A DNA stretch of 64,000 bases. Origin: Vicugna vicugna. Taxonomy: Eukaryota. The stretch covers positions 2,618,068-2,682,067 of the forward strand of contig MU061698.1 in assembly GCA_013265495.1 (NCBI GenBank), in the 5' to 3' direction. The notes under the pieces are model-generated. The model worked only from the letters and a program-made list of their open reading frames with translations. It made no database searches and had not been told where the DNA came from. The translations under genes and the position numbers were made by a program. Numbering within the stretch: the stretch's first letter is position 1; each line of letters starts with the position of its first letter. Below, piece after piece: positions 61,461-64,000 of the stretch.

Positions 61461-62236
61461 AGCTCTAGTGCGTATGTGTGCTCTCGCACCCCCCCTCCCA
61501 GAGATACCCAAGCACCACTGCGTCTATATTGAAATGAACCTCAGATTGTAAAGGCAGCATAGGGGTCACTGCTCTGTAACTTTACTATAATGTTGTTAAG
61601 AAAAAATTAACGATATTAATAATCTATACTAACTTGGGTATATGGTTGTATAGTTCATAAAGAACTTTCAAAGCCAGACATTTGCAAAGAGTGTGGAGAG
61701 GCAGCAAACCTTAAGCAGAAGGGCAAACGTTTTCTGCTTATTACGTAGCTGCTTCAGTTCACTTAAGATGAATTTCTGCCAAGCCATAATAGCAACTTGA
61801 TTCTCAGATGCCCCCTCAACCCTCATTCCCAGAACCATTATCCCACTCTGCTTCAGGCTTCCAAAGCTCAGTACGTCACCCTCACCTTGGCCTTTGATGG
61901 CTGAATTTATGAAGGAGACTGTGAGGCTTCATTTTGGAACTCAGATGAAGCTGGAGAAGTGTGCCAAAGATGACACTGGACATATGGTACTTAAAAATGA
62001 TTCTGATGGAATTCAGAGTGAGCATGCCCACCGAGTTCACACCCGTGCTGATGCAGCTGACCTGCCATTCACACAACGTAACCACTGCCCCGTACACCAC
62101 AGTTTCACGATCTTGCACGTGGCTCAAGGAGAGACAGAGTTCTTTCTATTCCCAGTGGCTCACAGACCGACTCAGACTGGAATCCAAACTTACAGAGCAA
62201 TTCCCAAAACCCCTGGAAGGGTCTGTCATTCTAGAT

Positions 62237-62430
62237 CAGTGCTGTCCAACAGAACTGTTTGCAATGATGGAAGAGTTCTGCCCTGTCCAACATGGTAGCT
62301 ACTAGTTATTTGTGACTACTGAGCATTTGAAATGTGGCTAATGGGACTGAGGAGTTGAATTGTTAATTTTAATTAATTTACATTCAGATAAGCTGCATGT
62401 AGCTGGTGGCTACCATGTTGAACAATGCAG
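62237..62430 (+). mobile_element. hAT-Charlie MER3-like element
   Basis: cagtgctgtccaacagaac ... gagcatttgaaatgtggcta ... ggctaccatgttgaacaatgcag. The left flank ttctagat fits the Charlie NTCTAGAN target; the right flank is ttctgggt. Confidence 0.8.
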
Positions 62431-63699
62431 TTCTGGGTCTAGACTAGCGTATTCATTCTACTCCTCCCATGAGTCAGCTCCTTTGAACCTCACCTCACTC
62501 GAATGAGTGAATGCACTTTCCAGAGGACAGCATGAGGCTACAGAGGGTAAATTACTTGCTTAAAATTGCACAGCCGTTCCAGAACAGAGACAGGATTATA
62601 AGACAAACTTCCTGATTACTGTGGTTCTTCTTCCACTTAACTACATATTTCTGAGATGAAATTATGATACAAATAGATTATTACGAGCCCAATCATGACC
62701 ATCAGTTTCCTATTTTCTCCTTAACACCAATGACTTTGATAGGAAAGTATACTTAAGATCTAATGGTTTTAAGAATTAGCAGCAGCAACAACAACCAAAA
62801 AGGTCAGCCACAAAGATCGGGCAGATACACAGAGGGCAGAAAATAAAACTTTATGACTAACAAATGACAAAACTGGCAAGTTGAAGACATAACTTGAGAA
62901 TCCTAAATTAAAAATTATTAATTAATGGCCTAATTTTGGGGACTAATAAAAACATGCTGAAACCCACCCCCCCATTAGAAATTTGCCAGCTGACTACTAT
63001 GGTTCCGCACCTGACCTCTGCTATTTGCTGACTTGATTTAATTTCATTTGTTCTACGTCTTTCTATACTAAAAGCAGTTATGGACTGTCTTAAAATCAAA
63101 AAGGATTTTAGGAGTCATGAGAACGCAAAAAAAGCCTCTTAAAAACAAACCATTTTAATTTGTTTTACTTGTTCTTTGTTTTATTAACATTTACAACATA
63201 GAATTTGTGTTTGTTTTTTCCTTCCCCCGCCCAAATCTGTACTCAATAAAAAATGTTTCCAAACTGGGATGCCAAGTTTCCATTCAAATCCCATTTTATT
63301 TTATATCCCTTGGTAAACCCTCCTTAAAACAAAGGTTTACACTGATGCTCGGGTGCACTTACAGTTGACACAGTGAGATAAACCACCCTGCAGCCCTCTG
63401 AGCTCTCCAAGCCTTGACAGCACTGGGAGAGGATCCTTCAAAGGAGAAGGGCCAGCTTTAGCAAAGTCTGGGATGCTCTCTTTCTGGCTACCAGGGCAAG
63501 CTGCTTATGATCCTGAAAATATTTTTTCTCACTCATCTCTTCTAGAAAGGCTGAGAAATCTCACACCTCTTGGCCACATTATCTTGATTATAATCCTGGC
63601 TTGCTCCTCTCTGACTCACAGATAGTCTGGAATTCCAAACAGAACTCTCAGAAGGAAGTACGTAATTGAATTATAAAATGCCCAAGTAATATATTCAGA

Positions 63700-64000
63700 G
63701 GGAAATCTAGTTTGAAAAGATACATGTACCTCAATGTTCACAATAGCACTATTTATAATATCTAAGACATGGAAACAACCTAAATGTCTATCAATGGATG
63801 ACTGGATAAAGAAGCTGTGGTATGTTTATACAAAAGAATACTACTCAGCCATAAAAAAGGATAAAATGACGCCACTGGTGGCAACATGGATCGACCTGGA
63901 GATCATCATTCTAAGTGAAGTAAGCCAGAAAGAGAAAGAGAAATACCATATAATATCACTCCTATGTGGGGTCTAAAAAAAAAAGAGGACACTAATGAAC
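63700..64000 (+). mobile_element. L1 ORF2 C-terminus and start of 3'UTR (runs off the window)
   Basis: ORF 63734-63976 (MFTIALFIISKTWKQPKCLSMDDWIKKLWYVYTKEYYSAIKK...EVSQKEKEKYHIISLLCGV*) is the L1 ORF2 C-terminal segment. Confidence 0.9.

Larger units (their letters stand above)
30408..64000 (-). other. LPP: Part of the large LPP intron upstream of the LIM2 exon (continues past the window end)
   Basis: No LIM1-encoding exon is recognisable in any frame between 30408 and 64000, and the region is dominated by old repeats. Confidence 0.8.

Noticed and set aside
61894-62298. 134-aa plus-strand ORF
   Set aside because: Runs into the MER3-like element, has no homology I recognise, and this length occurs by chance in 64 kb.
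1-64000. CRISPR arrays, operons, rRNA or other prokaryotic-type systems
   Set aside because: The sequence is mammalian intron, UTR and intergenic DNA, with no repeat-spacer arrays or dense coding.

Overview
Mammalian genomic DNA, most likely a camelid judged from two tRNA-Ala-derived vic-1-like SINEs and the young L1 3' ends. The window holds the 3' end of LPP (LIM domain containing preferred translocation partner in lipoma) on the minus strand. Three coding exons are present: 30229-30407, 24617-24737 and 20828-20956. They splice in frame through GT-AG introns and encode LIM2, LIM3 and the C-terminal PDZ-binding motif STDL. An apparent ~15 kb, almost transposon-free 3'UTR runs down to a poly(A) signal cluster at ~5.85-5.95 kb, with a second AATAAA cluster at ~9.9 kb. 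Positions 30408-64000 are part of the large upstream intron, which is rich in old MIR, L2, L3, L1, hAT and LTR relics; 1-5.8 kb is downstream intergenic DNA. There are three N gaps. I found no new protein-coding gene or clear novel system, and the other ORFs in the track look spurious or repeat-derived. The best leads are latent sense-strand splice signals (a recursive-splice-like site and three poison-exon candidates, two of them beside UG repeats), a twin-primed L1 insertion with TSDs, and several motif clusters and non-B DNA elements. Repeat names and boundaries come from recalled consensus sequences and are approximate.
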